NCBI GenBank assembly: GCA_016707605.1
Contig: JADJHJ010000010.1
Location: 176,556 to 240,555 of the forward strand
DNA length: 64,000 bases
Origin: Candidatus Promineofilum glycogenicum
GTDB taxonomy: Bacteria > Chloroflexota > Anaerolineae > Promineifilales > Promineifilaceae
Direction: 5' to 3'
Shown: piece after piece, positions 9,963-19,320 of the stretch
Layout of the letters: each line of letters begins with the position of its first letter
Numbering within the stretch: position 1 is the first letter of the stretch
The notes under the pieces: model-generated
What the model saw: only the letters and a program-made list of their open reading frames with translations
Database searches by the model: none
What the model was told of the DNA's origin: nothing
Translations under genes and position numbers: made by a program

Positions 9963-12900
9963 CTACGGTGCGCAGGTCACGTTCTCATAGAGGTGAACGC
10001 GGCCGTGGTGCCACCCCTTGGACAGAATGTCCACATCGCCGTCGCCATCGATGTCATAAGCCTGGCTGGATTGATAGTGGGAGTCGCCGTCGTAGACCAG
10101 GTGCTGTGCCCAACTGTCGCCCTGCCCCAAATTCTCGAAGATCCACAGCGACGCCGGCCGCTCCTGGGCCGACACCATGTTGTACTCGCCGATGATGACG
10201 TCCGGGTCGCCGTCGCCGTCCAGATCGCCCGCGTCCAGGCTCTCGGCGTGGCCGCGCGTCAGATTGGTGATGAGATGGTGCGGCCACGTCGCTTGCGGCG
10301 AATTGCCCTGCTCGTGCCAGGCGACCTTGCGCCCCTCGGGGTCGTGGGAGTAGCCGATGAAGGCGTCGAGGTCGGCGTCGCCGTCGATGTCCACCAGCTC
10401 GTGACGGCTGGCCTGGGTGTCGCCAACCTCGAAGATAGTGATCGGCGTCCAGGTGGCGGCGGGGTGGTTGTTGCGCAGCCAGATGTGGCCCATGAACACG
10501 TCCAGGTCGGCGTCGTCATCGAGATCGACGGCCGTCAACTGTTCGCCGGTAGACACGTCGGAGATCTTCTGCCGCGGCCAAGTCTGCGTTGCCGGGTTGG
10601 CGGGCACGGTGAACATCTGCACGCCGTGGGGATTGCGGTTGGGCTTCTCGGTGTCGTCCCAGGTAACGACGATTTGCAGCGGCCCACCGGGCGTCATCCG
10701 GGCGATGGCCACACCCTGAATCGGGTCGTTGGGCGGCATGGTGATGCCGGCCACGTCAAGCTTGTCGAACACGGTGAAGACGCCACCGCCCTCATTCCTG
10801 GCCCAGACGAACGGCCACCAGGCGCTCTCGTCCATCGGTTCGGTTGCGCCGGTGGAGGCCAGCAGGTCGCGGTCGCCGTCGCCGTCGAAGTCGTGGGCGG
10901 CGATGACGTCCTCGATCGGCGCGGGCAGTTGCGTGCGCGGCCAGACGCCGCCGGGCGCGCCGGGATTGGCGTACCAGAACTTGCCGGTCAGCACGTCGTC
11001 GCGGCCGTCGCCGTTGACGTCGAAGGTGAACAGGAAGGTCGCCCGGCCGGGCCGGGCGGCGTCGATGACGTGGCGCTGCCACTGCCACTGGCCGATGGCG
11101 CTCGTTCCGGCGCAGGCCGGTGGGGTGGCGCTGGGCGTGGCCGTCGGGCCGGGCGTGGCCGTGGCGGTGGGCGTGGCGGTTGAGGTCGGCTGTGGCGCGC
11201 CGTCGCCGGCCAACGCCAGGGCATCGATGGCCTCGTTGCCGTAGCTATACTGTGCCCCGCGCCAGACGAAACTGGGCGCGGGCTGGCAGGCCGTCGCCGC
11301 GCCCGTGCCGGCCAGCGCGCAGGAGAAGATGTCGGCCGTCCCCGCCACCAGATCGCCGATTTGGGTCCGCGCGCTGCCGACGAGATAGAGCGGCCCGCCT
11401 GGCCCGGCGGACGCGGCGGCGACGTGCTCGCCGCTCTGGCCCAGCCCCATGAGCGAACCGTCGAAGTAGAGCGACCAGGTTCCGGCCGTCGTCTCGCCCA
11501 GGCTGGCCGGCGCGAACAGCAGCAAATCTTCGTCGCGCCCGCTGGCCCCGGACACGGTGGCATTGCCGTTGGTGCTCAACAGCAGGCCCGCCGCCGTCAT
11601 CGACAGGCCGTCAACATCTTCCACGTTCGTCGTCAGACCGACATCGGAACCGTCGAAGTAGAGGCTAAAGCTCCCGGCCGTATTGGCCCCCAGCGAGGTG
11701 GGGACGAAGCGCACGACGTCCGAGTCATCCACGGCCAGACCCGACAGGGTGATCGCCGTGTCCACACTCAATAGAAGCGTGCCGTCATTCAATCCATGCA
11801 GCGCGTCGATATCGCTTCCAACCAGGCCGACGTCGGAGCCGTCCAGATAGAGCGACCACTGACCGCTGTTGATGTCGAAACGCAGAATGTCCTCGTCGGC
11901 GAAGGCAATGCCGCTAACGTTGCCGCCGGAGGAAGAGCTGAGCAGGTAGGCGTGGCCCGGTGGCGCGGTGGTCGCTGTGGCGGTCGCTGTGGCGGTTGGT
12001 GTGGCCGTTGCCGCGGCGGTTGGGGTGGGCGTGGCATCGGGCTGGCCGGCACAGGCGCGGCGCTCATAGAGCAGGACGTTGCCGTGCGACCAGCCGATGG
12101 AGACGATGTCGTCGTCGCCGTCGCCGTCGATGTCCACCAGTTGTGTGCCGTCGTGGTGTTCGTGCCCCGTGGCAACGAGGTGTTCGCGCCAGCCGCCGTT
12201 GCGGTTCTCGAAGACGAGGACGCGCCCGGCGGCCGGTTGGGCCAGGTTGTGCTCGCCGATGACCACATCCACGTCGCCGTCGCCATCGAGATCGCCCACG
12301 TCGAGGCTCTGCGGCCCGACGACCGTGCCGATAGCGTGTTCGACCCACAGCGCAGTGGGGTCGGCCGGTTGTTCATACCAGGCCACCGGCCGGATGACGC
12401 TGATGCCCTCGAAGCCGATGACCGCGTCCAGATCGCCGTCGCCATCCATATCGACCAGCCGGTTGCGGTCGGCCTCGTGGGCGGCGTCGAAGAGGGTGTG
12501 GGCCGTCCAGTCGGGCGCGTTGTTTTCCAGCCATTGCGCGCCCAGCAGCAAGTCGAGGTCGCCGTCGCGGTCGATGTCGCCGGCGCTGATCTCTTCGCCC
12601 GCCGCTGTCGCCGCGAGGGACGCCAGCGGCCAGGGCGCGCCGGTCGGGTTAGCGGGCACGCTCAGCGCCTCGGTGCCTCCGGCCATGTTGTGCCATGACA
12701 AAGCCACTTGTGGCCCCGCGCCGCTGAACGAGCCAACCACCGCCCCTTGCAGAAAGTTGCCGCTGCCGGCCGGCACATTGGTGTGAATCGTGAAGCCGCC
12801 CGCGCCGTTGTTCCTGGCCCAGACGAAGTCGTTGCCGAGGTGGTCTTGCGCCCCCTCCAACTCCGTGCCCAAAATGTCAGCGTCACCATCGCCGTCCAGG

Positions 12901-14156
12901 TCGGCCACAACGGCCATCTGGTTGAGCGGCGCGCCGATTGCCTGCCGCGTCCACGCCCCGCCGGGCGCGCCGGGGTTGCGGTACCACCACGCCCCGGCGA
13001 TCACGTCCGGCCGGTTGTCGCCGTCCAGATCGGCCGTGTCGACGAAAACGGCCCGCCGCGGGCGAGCGTCGTCGATGAGATGGGTCGTCCATTGCGCCAG
13101 CGGCTCGCAAGCCGGCGGGTCGCCGGCCGGGCCGTTGAGCCAGATGTCCAGCCGCGGCGTGTCCCACAGAAAGGGCTTACCCAGAATGTCCAGGTCGCCG
13201 TCGTTGTCCAAATCGGCCAGGCGCGACTCATGGTTGCCGTAGCCCGTGGCCACCTGCTGCGCGACAAAGTTGCCCTGGCTGTCGCCGTACAGCGCCAGCA
13301 GGCGGGCGTCGGCGTTTTCGGGTACGTCACTGCTAATGGTGCGCTGTTCGGCGATCAGCAGGTCGAGGTGGGCGTCGCCGTTGATGTCGCCGACGTCGAG
13401 CGAATGGCCATGCAGAACCGGGCCGATGTCCAGCGTGTGCCCCACCCAGGCTGCTCCGTCCCACTGGAACCAGCGCGCCGGACCGTCGCCGTCGCCGGGA
13501 ACCTGCACGATCTCCGGCCGGCCGCCGGGAACAAGCTGGGCCGCGGCCACACGAGCGAAGGGAACCGCCTCGATGAGGTGGGCAGTGAAGCCGTTGCCTT
13601 CGCGCTTGAACCAGCGCCCGCCGCCGATGATGTCGCTGCCGCCGTCGCCGTCCACGTCGGCCTGGGTCAGCCCTTCGTACTGGTTCGAGGGTGCTGTCCA
13701 GACGGTGGTCACGCCTGGCCAGGGCTGCGTGCCGCGCGGGTCGGCCGGTACGTTGACCAGCGATAGTTGCGCCGCGCCCTGATTCCAGAACACCAACTCT
13801 GCCCCCGGATCGTCGTCGAAGTTGCCGAACATCATATCGTGGTGCTTATTGGCCCCGCTGTCCTTGATGACCCGGCGCGTCCAGTCGCCGCTATAGGTCG
13901 GATAGGGGTTCTCCCACCACCAGATGTCGTTGTTCTGGTTGTTGGTTCCGGCGGCCACGTCCAGGTCGCCGTCGCCGTCGATGTCGTGGAACGCGCCGCC
14001 GGCCTCCAGTTGCAGGGCGTCGGTCTCGATCACCTGACGCGTCCAGCCCGTGGCGTCGCGACGATACCAGACCAGGGCCGGGCCGGGGTTGCGCCGCGCG
14101 CCGATGATGAAGTCGTTGTCGCCGTCCTCGTCCACGTCGAAGACGAACGTCAGCAC
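9963..14156 (-). CDS. Very large FG-GAP/VCBS-repeat (integrin-alpha-like beta-propeller) surface protein, ~1400 aa, with TP-rich linkers
   Basis: Many 'DxDGDGDxD' calcium-binding FG-GAP loops (DIDGDGDLD, DLDGDGDAD). Three propeller modules separated by T/P/A-rich linkers. The ORF starts at GTG 14156 with no signal peptide; see the next feature. Confidence 0.75.
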   Translation of the reverse strand: MLTFVFDVDEDGDNDFIIGARRNPGPALVWYRRDATGWTRQVIETDALQLEAGGAFHDIDGDGDLDVAAGTNNQNNDIWWWENPYPTYSGDWTRRVIKDSGANKHHDMMFGNFDDDPGAELVFWNQGAAQLSLVNVPADPRGTQPWPGVTTVWTAPSNQYEGLTQADVDGDGGSDIIGGGRWFKREGNGFTAHLIEAVPFARVAAAQLVPGGRPEIVQVPGDGDGPARWFQWDGAAWVGHTLDIGPVLHGHSLDVGDINGDAHLDLLIAEQRTISSDVPENADARLLALYGDSQGNFVAQQVATGYGNHESRLADLDNDGDLDILGKPFLWDTPRLDIWLNGPAGDPPACEPLAQWTTHLIDDARPRRAVFVDTADLDGDNRPDVIAGAWWYRNPGAPGGAWTRQAIGAPLNQMAVVADLDGDGDADILGTELEGAQDHLGNDFVWARNNGAGGFTIHTNVPAGSGNFLQGAVVGSFSGAGPQVALSWHNMAGGTEALSVPANPTGAPWPLASLAATAAGEEISAGDIDRDGDLDLLLGAQWLENNAPDWTAHTLFDAAHEADRNRLVDMDGDGDLDAVIGFEGISVIRPVAWYEQPADPTALWVEHAIGTVVGPQSLDVGDLDGDGDVDVVIGEHNLAQPAAGRVLVFENRNGGWREHLVATGHEHHDGTQLVDIDGDGDDDIVSIGWSHGNVLLYERRACAGQPDATPTPTAAATATPTATATATATTAPPGHAYLLSSSSGGNVSGIAFADEDILRFDINSGQWSLYLDGSDVGLVGSDIDALHGLNDGTLLLSVDTAITLSGLAVDDSDVVRFVPTSLGANTAGSFSLYFDGSDVGLTTNVEDVDGLSMTAAGLLLSTNGNATVSGASGRDEDLLLFAPASLGETTAGTWSLYFDGSLMGLGQSGEHVAAASAGPGGPLYLVGSARTQIGDLVAGTADIFSCALAGTGAATACQPAPSFVWRGAQYSYGNEAIDALALAGDGAPQPTSTATPTATATPGPTATPSATPPACAGTSAIGQWQWQRHVIDAARPGRATFLFTFDVNGDGRDDVLTGKFWYANPGAPGGVWPRTQLPAPIEDVIAAHDFDGDGDRDLLASTGATEPMDESAWWPFVWARNEGGGVFTVFDKLDVAGITMPPNDPIQGVAIARMTPGGPLQIVVTWDDTEKPNRNPHGVQMFTVPANPATQTWPRQKISDVSTGEQLTAVDLDDDADLDVFMGHIWLRNNHPAATWTPITIFEVGDTQASRHELVDIDGDADLDAFIGYSHDPEGRKVAWHEQGNSPQATWPHHLITNLTRGHAESLDAGDLDGDGDPDVIIGEYNMVSAQERPASLWIFENLGQGDSWAQHLVYDGDSHYQSSQAYDIDGDGDVDILSKGWHHGRVHLYENVTCAP

Positions 14157-14478
14157 TTGCTGGGTGCTGTTGGAGGGAGGGGGGTAAGTCGCCCGTGGCT
14201 GTTGACAGGTGTTGCCAGGGCAGGTTCGTGGAAGCGTTGCTCAGCAGCGCGGGGGCCAGGGCTATGAACTGCTGGTCAGAGCTGAGGCGTGTCGCCACTT
14301 CGGGCGCCTCTTGTACGGTGGCGTGCGCGTCCAGCCAAACCCAGCCAAACAGGATGCCCAGCGGGCCAAGTAGCCACCAGATGGCCAAAGCGAATCCCTC
14401 TCTCACGCGTATCTCTCCTTTGGCAGCCGGCGCTCCTGCGCCAACCGCGTCTATCGCACCCCGCAGGGCAGGCAGCAC
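14157..14478 (-). other. Probable N-terminal signal-anchor segment of the FG-GAP gene, in a different frame (frameshift at or near the C6/G6 run 14179-14184)
   Basis: ORF 13891..14478 encodes a hydrophobic segment FALAIWWLLGPLGILFGWVWL followed by an S/T/P linker. Its frame overlaps the FG-GAP frame, which is open back to 14244. Removing one C from the 6-C run gives a continuous signal-peptide-to-propeller protein. Confidence 0.4.
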
Positions 14479-14870
14479 AACATACGAGGCGAGCTTGCGC
14501 CTTGCAGCAACTGGCGGTTCTCTTGTCCGCGACGGTTCCCTTGGGAGGTGGCGATAGTATCACACGACCGCGATACGACAACCCCGCGTTCAGTAGAGAG
14601 GGGCGGCATTATGACCTAATTCACAGACGTGTGTTCTGGTACTTGCCCAATACAAAATACCAGCCAACAAATGAGTAGATACTCCATTAAGAAAGACTGT
14701 AAGCCATGCCTCCTATGCTACAGGTGACACCAGTGGCCGCGAGCGCGCGGCCCTGCCTCATAGCAAGGAGTAATCGAACCGGCTGGCTATCGGGCGGCCG
14801 AGCACCGCCCTCTTAAGGAGACTCGTTCGCCGCGCGACGATCTCGACACGTCTTGGGGTAAAGTAAATAC

Positions 14871-17800
14871 ATGAGCAGAAAAGTACAGTTACGCTTTCTC
14901 TTGACCATCTGCCTGCTGGCCTGCGGCGCGGCGCTGCTACCGGCGGCCCGTCCGTTGGGCGCCGCGCCCGACGCCTTTGGCCTGACGGTCAACGTCAACC
15001 CGGCCGGCAAAGGCTCGGTCAGCGTCAACCCGCCGCCGCCCTATAACAACGGCCAGGTCGTGACCCTGACGGCCACGCCCATCGCCGGCTGGACGTTCGA
15101 CAAGTGGGCCTTGGCCAGTGATCTCGTCTGGTGGGACGCCGACTGGGACTACCGCGTCGAGGTGACGGCCGCCGCCGCCGGCCACGCGCGCAAGAACAAG
15201 CCGGCCGAGTTCGCCCTCAACTTCACCCAAATCTGGAGCACGCTGGGCAAGACGGGCACGCTCGACCCCAACTCCATCCGCGTCGTCGAAGTGGACGCCA
15301 ACGACGCCGTCATCGACGCCGACGTGCCCTTCCAGTTTGACAAGGCCGGCGACTACCACGCCGCCAACAAGGCCGCCGGCACGCTGGTGCTCATCATGCA
15401 GGGCAACACCCCCGCCGGGGCCAGCCGCCGCTACCACGTCTACTTCGACGTGACCGGCAAGGGCTTTGCCCCGCCCGCCGTCGCCCCACAAGTTGTCCTG
15501 ACCGACGGCGTTGTTGACGAGAATAACGCCGCCTACAAGATCGAGACGCCCAATGGCGTCTACTACTATCATCTGCTCGGCGCCGGCTTCTCCAGCCTCG
15601 ATGACGCCGACGGCAACGACTGGATCGGTTTCCATTACAACGTCGCCGGCAGCGGCGGCAAGTTCCGCGGCATCCCCAATGCCGTTTCGCCCAACAACGG
15701 CGGCCACTTCCACCCCGGTTCCAAAACGATGATCAGCACCCTGGTCAGCCAGGGGCCGCTGAAGGTCACGATCCACGCCCAGGAGAAGAAACCGACCGCC
15801 GGCCGCCCCAAGTGGCAAGGTCAATTCGAGATCTACCCCGACTACGTTGTCTTCACCATGCTGGTCGCGCCCTATGAGTATTGGGTGCTCTATGAGGGCG
15901 CGCCGGGCGGGACGCTGAATATCAGCAGCGACTTTGTCATGCGCAGCAATGGCACGCAAACCCTGGCCTCGGTGGCCTGGGAAGGGGATTTGGAGCCGGA
16001 GGAGTGGGCCTACGTGGGCGACCCGACCCTCGGCCGCTCCCTCTTCCTCACCAACAACATCGAAGACACCAAAATCGACTCCTACCACCAGGATGACGGG
16101 GATATGACCGTGCTGGGCCTGGGCCGCAAGAGCGCCGACTACCAGCTTGACCCCCTGCTTGTGCCGCGCGAATTCACCTTCGGCCTGATGGAAGAAACGG
16201 TCTACGCCGACGCCAAGCCGGTCATCTACAACGCCTACAAGCCCCTGACGGCCACCGTCGGCGCGGCCGAGGCGCGGGCCGGGGCCAACCTGGGCAGCAC
16301 CAACCCGGTCAACTTCACCATCACCGGCCAGCACACCATCACCGCCCACTTCAAGCCGGTGCAGTACACCCTGAACGTGGTCGCCAGCCCGGCCGACAAG
16401 GGTTCGGTCACTAAGTCGCCCAACAAGACCAGCTACGACTTCAACGAGCCGGTCACGCTGACGGCCACGCCCATCGCCGGCTGGGCCTTCGCCGGCTGGA
16501 GCGGCGACGTGACGGGCACGACCAACCCGGTCACGGTCAACGTGACCAAGAATATGAACGTCACGGCCACGTTCGCCCAATCCTTCACCATCACCACCAG
16601 CGTTAGCCCGACCGGTGGCGGCACGGTGACGCTGAACCCCAACAAGGCCACCTATGCGCCGGGCGAACAGGTGCAGGTGACGGCCACGGCCAACAGCGGC
16701 TACTCCTTCACCAACTGGAGCGGCGACCTGAGCGGCACGAACCCGAGCCAGACGGTGACGGTCAACGGCAACCTCAACATCGTCGCCAACTTCAGCGCCG
16801 CGCAATACACCTTCACCGCCACCTCGTCCGGCAACGGCGGCGTGAGTTGGACGCCACAGAAGGCGCTCTACGGCGCGGGCGAGGTTGTGACGGCCACGGC
16901 CACGCCCAACTCCGGCTACTACTTCGTCGGCTGGACGGGGACAGGCAGCTTCACGTCGACGGCCAACCCGGTCGAAGTGACCATCGCCGGCAACACCACC
17001 ATCACCGCCCACTTCGCGCCCATCGTCTACTATACACTGACGGTCAACGCCGTCGGCGGCGGCACGGTGTCGCGCGATCCTGACCTGACCCAATACCCGA
17101 CGGGCACGGTCGTCACCCTGGAAGCCACGCCCAACGCCCAAAAGCGCTTCGCCAACTGGAGCGGCAGCGTCACCGGCACGGTCAACCCCATCCAGGTGAC
17201 GATCACCAGCAACATGGCCGTCACGGCCAACTTCGTGGACGACGTCTACCCGCTGACCACCAGCGTCACCGGCCAGGGAACTATATCGGCCCAACCCGAC
17301 CAGCCGGCCGGCTACTTCATCGGCCAGCAGGTGACGCTGACGGCCACGCCGGCCGTGGGCTGGCAGTTCGTCGAGTGGTCGGGCGACGCCAGCGGAACCT
17401 CGCCGACGACGACAATCACCATCGCCGGGGCGACCAACGTCACCGCCGCCTTCACCCAACTGCCTCCGGTCACGCTGACCACCAGCACGGCCGGCAACGG
17501 CACGGGCACGATCCAGATCAACCCCGACAAGGACGAGTACGCCGTGGGTGAACAGGTGACACTGACGGCCGTGCCCGGCGCTAACTCCGTCTTCGCCGGC
17601 TGGTCGGGCGACGCCAGCGGCAGCAATAATCCGCTGCAACTGACGATGAACGGCAACAAGAACGTCGTGGCCCGCTTCATCGTGCCCAGCGGCCCGTTCA
17701 GCGACAACTTCAACACGTGCAGCCTGGGCGCGGTGTGGGGCACGCCTATCGACGAGAACGGCGACACTACCTTCACCTACACCGGCAAGACCCTGCGCAT

Positions 17801-18588
17801 CGCCGTGCCCGAAGGCGACGATCACGTCATCAACAAATCCCTCAACAACGCCCCGCGCATCATGCAGGCCGCCGACGACACCGACCTAGACTACGTCGTC
17901 AAGTTCAACTCCGACGTCACCCAGAGCGTGCAGACGCAAGGCCTGGTCATCGAAGAGAGCGACGAGAAGCTGATGCGGGTGGACTTTTACTATAACCCCA
18001 ACCAGGAGCCGGGCGTGCCCAACGACGAGGTCGTCGTCTACGCCGGCGTCTGGACGCCAGGGGTACTGCAAGAAGAAGCTCCTGCCCATCGCCGCCGCCG
18101 ACGCCAACTACCTGCGCGTCACCCGCGTCGGCGTCAAGTGGACCGTCTTCTATAGCGCCACCGGCCAGGAAGACGACTGGCAGAAGGCCGATGACTTCAA
18201 CTACGCCATGAGTGTGAACCGCGCCGGCGTCTATGCCAGCAACCTGCGGCCCACCGGCGCGACCGTGGCCCCGGCCTTCACGGCCGAGATCGACTTCTTC
18301 CACAACGCCACCGGCGCGCCGCTGCCGGCCGACGCCCCGCTGCTGACGGTCAACGTCGTCGGCAACGGCGCGGTCAGCGCCACGCCGCCGGCGGCGCAAC
18401 TGGCCTGCGGCCAGACGGTCACGCTGCGGGCCACGCCCGGCCTGGGCATGGAGTTCAGCGGCTGGAGCGGCGACGCCATCGGCGCGCAGAACCCGCTGTC
18501 GATGGTCATCAACCGCCCGCGCACGGTAACGGCTACGTTTACCGGGGCGGCTATGCAGTACATTGCCTTGCCGATGATCATTCGATAG
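14871..18588 (+). CDS. Giant secreted surface protein 3 (~1240 aa): signal peptide, InlB-B repeat, DUF2341-like region, ~8 InlB-B repeats, LamG-like jelly-roll, terminal InlB-B repeat, ends ...IALPMIIR. Apparent +1 frameshift near 18058-18085.
   Basis: ORFs 14871..18155 and 18208..18588 belong to one gene. 'ANYLRVTRVGVKWTVFYSATGQ' (frame of the second ORF, open from ~18050) aligns with 'NMLRVKRVGDSFQRSYYQDGQ' of CDS 1562..5563. The frame break lies in ccaggggtactgcaagaagaagct. Signal peptide MSRKVQLRFLLTICLLACGAALLPAARPLGA. Confidence 0.7.
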
Positions 18589-18722
18589 GGGCCAGGGGCC
18601 AGGTTCCAGGGGCCAGGGAAGAGGTCCGGCCCGGCCTTCTTTGCGCTTTTGCCCATTAGCGCCTTGGGCGAGCTCTCTTCCCTGGAACCTGGCCCCTGGA
18701 ACCTGGAACCTTTCTTCCTGGC
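18589..18722. repeat. Composite palindromic element, 'ccagg' family (ggggccaggggccaggttccagg...cctggaacctggcccctggaacc) with an inner gcaaag-like core
   Basis: Long imperfect inverted repeat directly after the stop codon. The family recurs at 21807, 34850, 43089, 43265, 47695, 48400 and 61180. Confidence 0.7.
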
Positions 18723-18731
18723 TCCTACAAT

Positions 18732-19205
18732 CTAGCGATAAATAGTTGCCGCCGCCCCACGCAACTCCACAAAGATAGGGTGCAGGCAGGCCATGATCGC
18801 TGCCAGCCGCCCGGCCACTTCGGCGCGATACGCCTCGGTCAGCGGCGCGTCGGGGTAGACCTCGTAGATCTTCGTCCAGCCCTTATCCCACATCTCCGCC
18901 TCCACGCTCTCGCCCAATTCCGCCTTGATCTCGAACAGGTGGCGGCGGAAGCCGTCGAGCAGGAAGCGGTTGAGCGTGTGGTCGCGCGCCTCGCAGTGGA
19001 AGCCCAACTCCCAGCCCCCCTCCGGCCGGCCGGGGCGCTCATAGACGCGGCCGACCTCGTAGTGTAGCGACCCCTCGCCATAGTGAATCTGGAGCAGTGT
19101 GTGCCACGGGTGGCGCGTCTGGAACCCTTGCAGCGGCGCGGGCAGCAGCGGACGCAGCGCGTCGGGCAGCGACTTGACAAAGGCCGTGTGGGATAACGTG
19201 TTCAT
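18732..19205 (-). CDS. Hypothetical protein (157 aa from ATG 19205; the ORF could extend to 19304)
   Basis: Open frame, divergent from the MTase gene. No recognisable motif. A start at MNTLSHTAFV is preferred because the upstream extension overlaps a hairpin/direct-repeat region. Confidence 0.45.
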   Translation of the reverse strand: MNTLSHTAFVKSLPDALRPLLPAPLQGFQTRHPWHTLLQIHYGEGSLHYEVGRVYERPGRPEGGWELGFHCEARDHTLNRFLLDGFRRHLFEIKAELGESVEAEMWDKGWTKIYEVYPDAPLTEAYRAEVAGRLAAIMACLHPIFVELRGAAATIYR

Positions 19206-19320
19206 TCTCTCTGTAGTATAATCCCCCTCAGACAGTTGCCAACCCACCCATTGTAGCGCGGGATGGTATCCCGCATCCGGGCTACTGAAGAGGCGGGTTG
19301 CCAACCCGCCCTACAACACC

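Noticed and set aside
14560-14870. Possible small RNA or riboswitch in the lower-GC spacer upstream of surface protein 3
   Set aside because: No recognisable riboswitch consensus (TPP, SAM, cobalamin, glycine, c-di-GMP) or conserved hairpin set was seen by eye, so it is treated as promoter/leader only.
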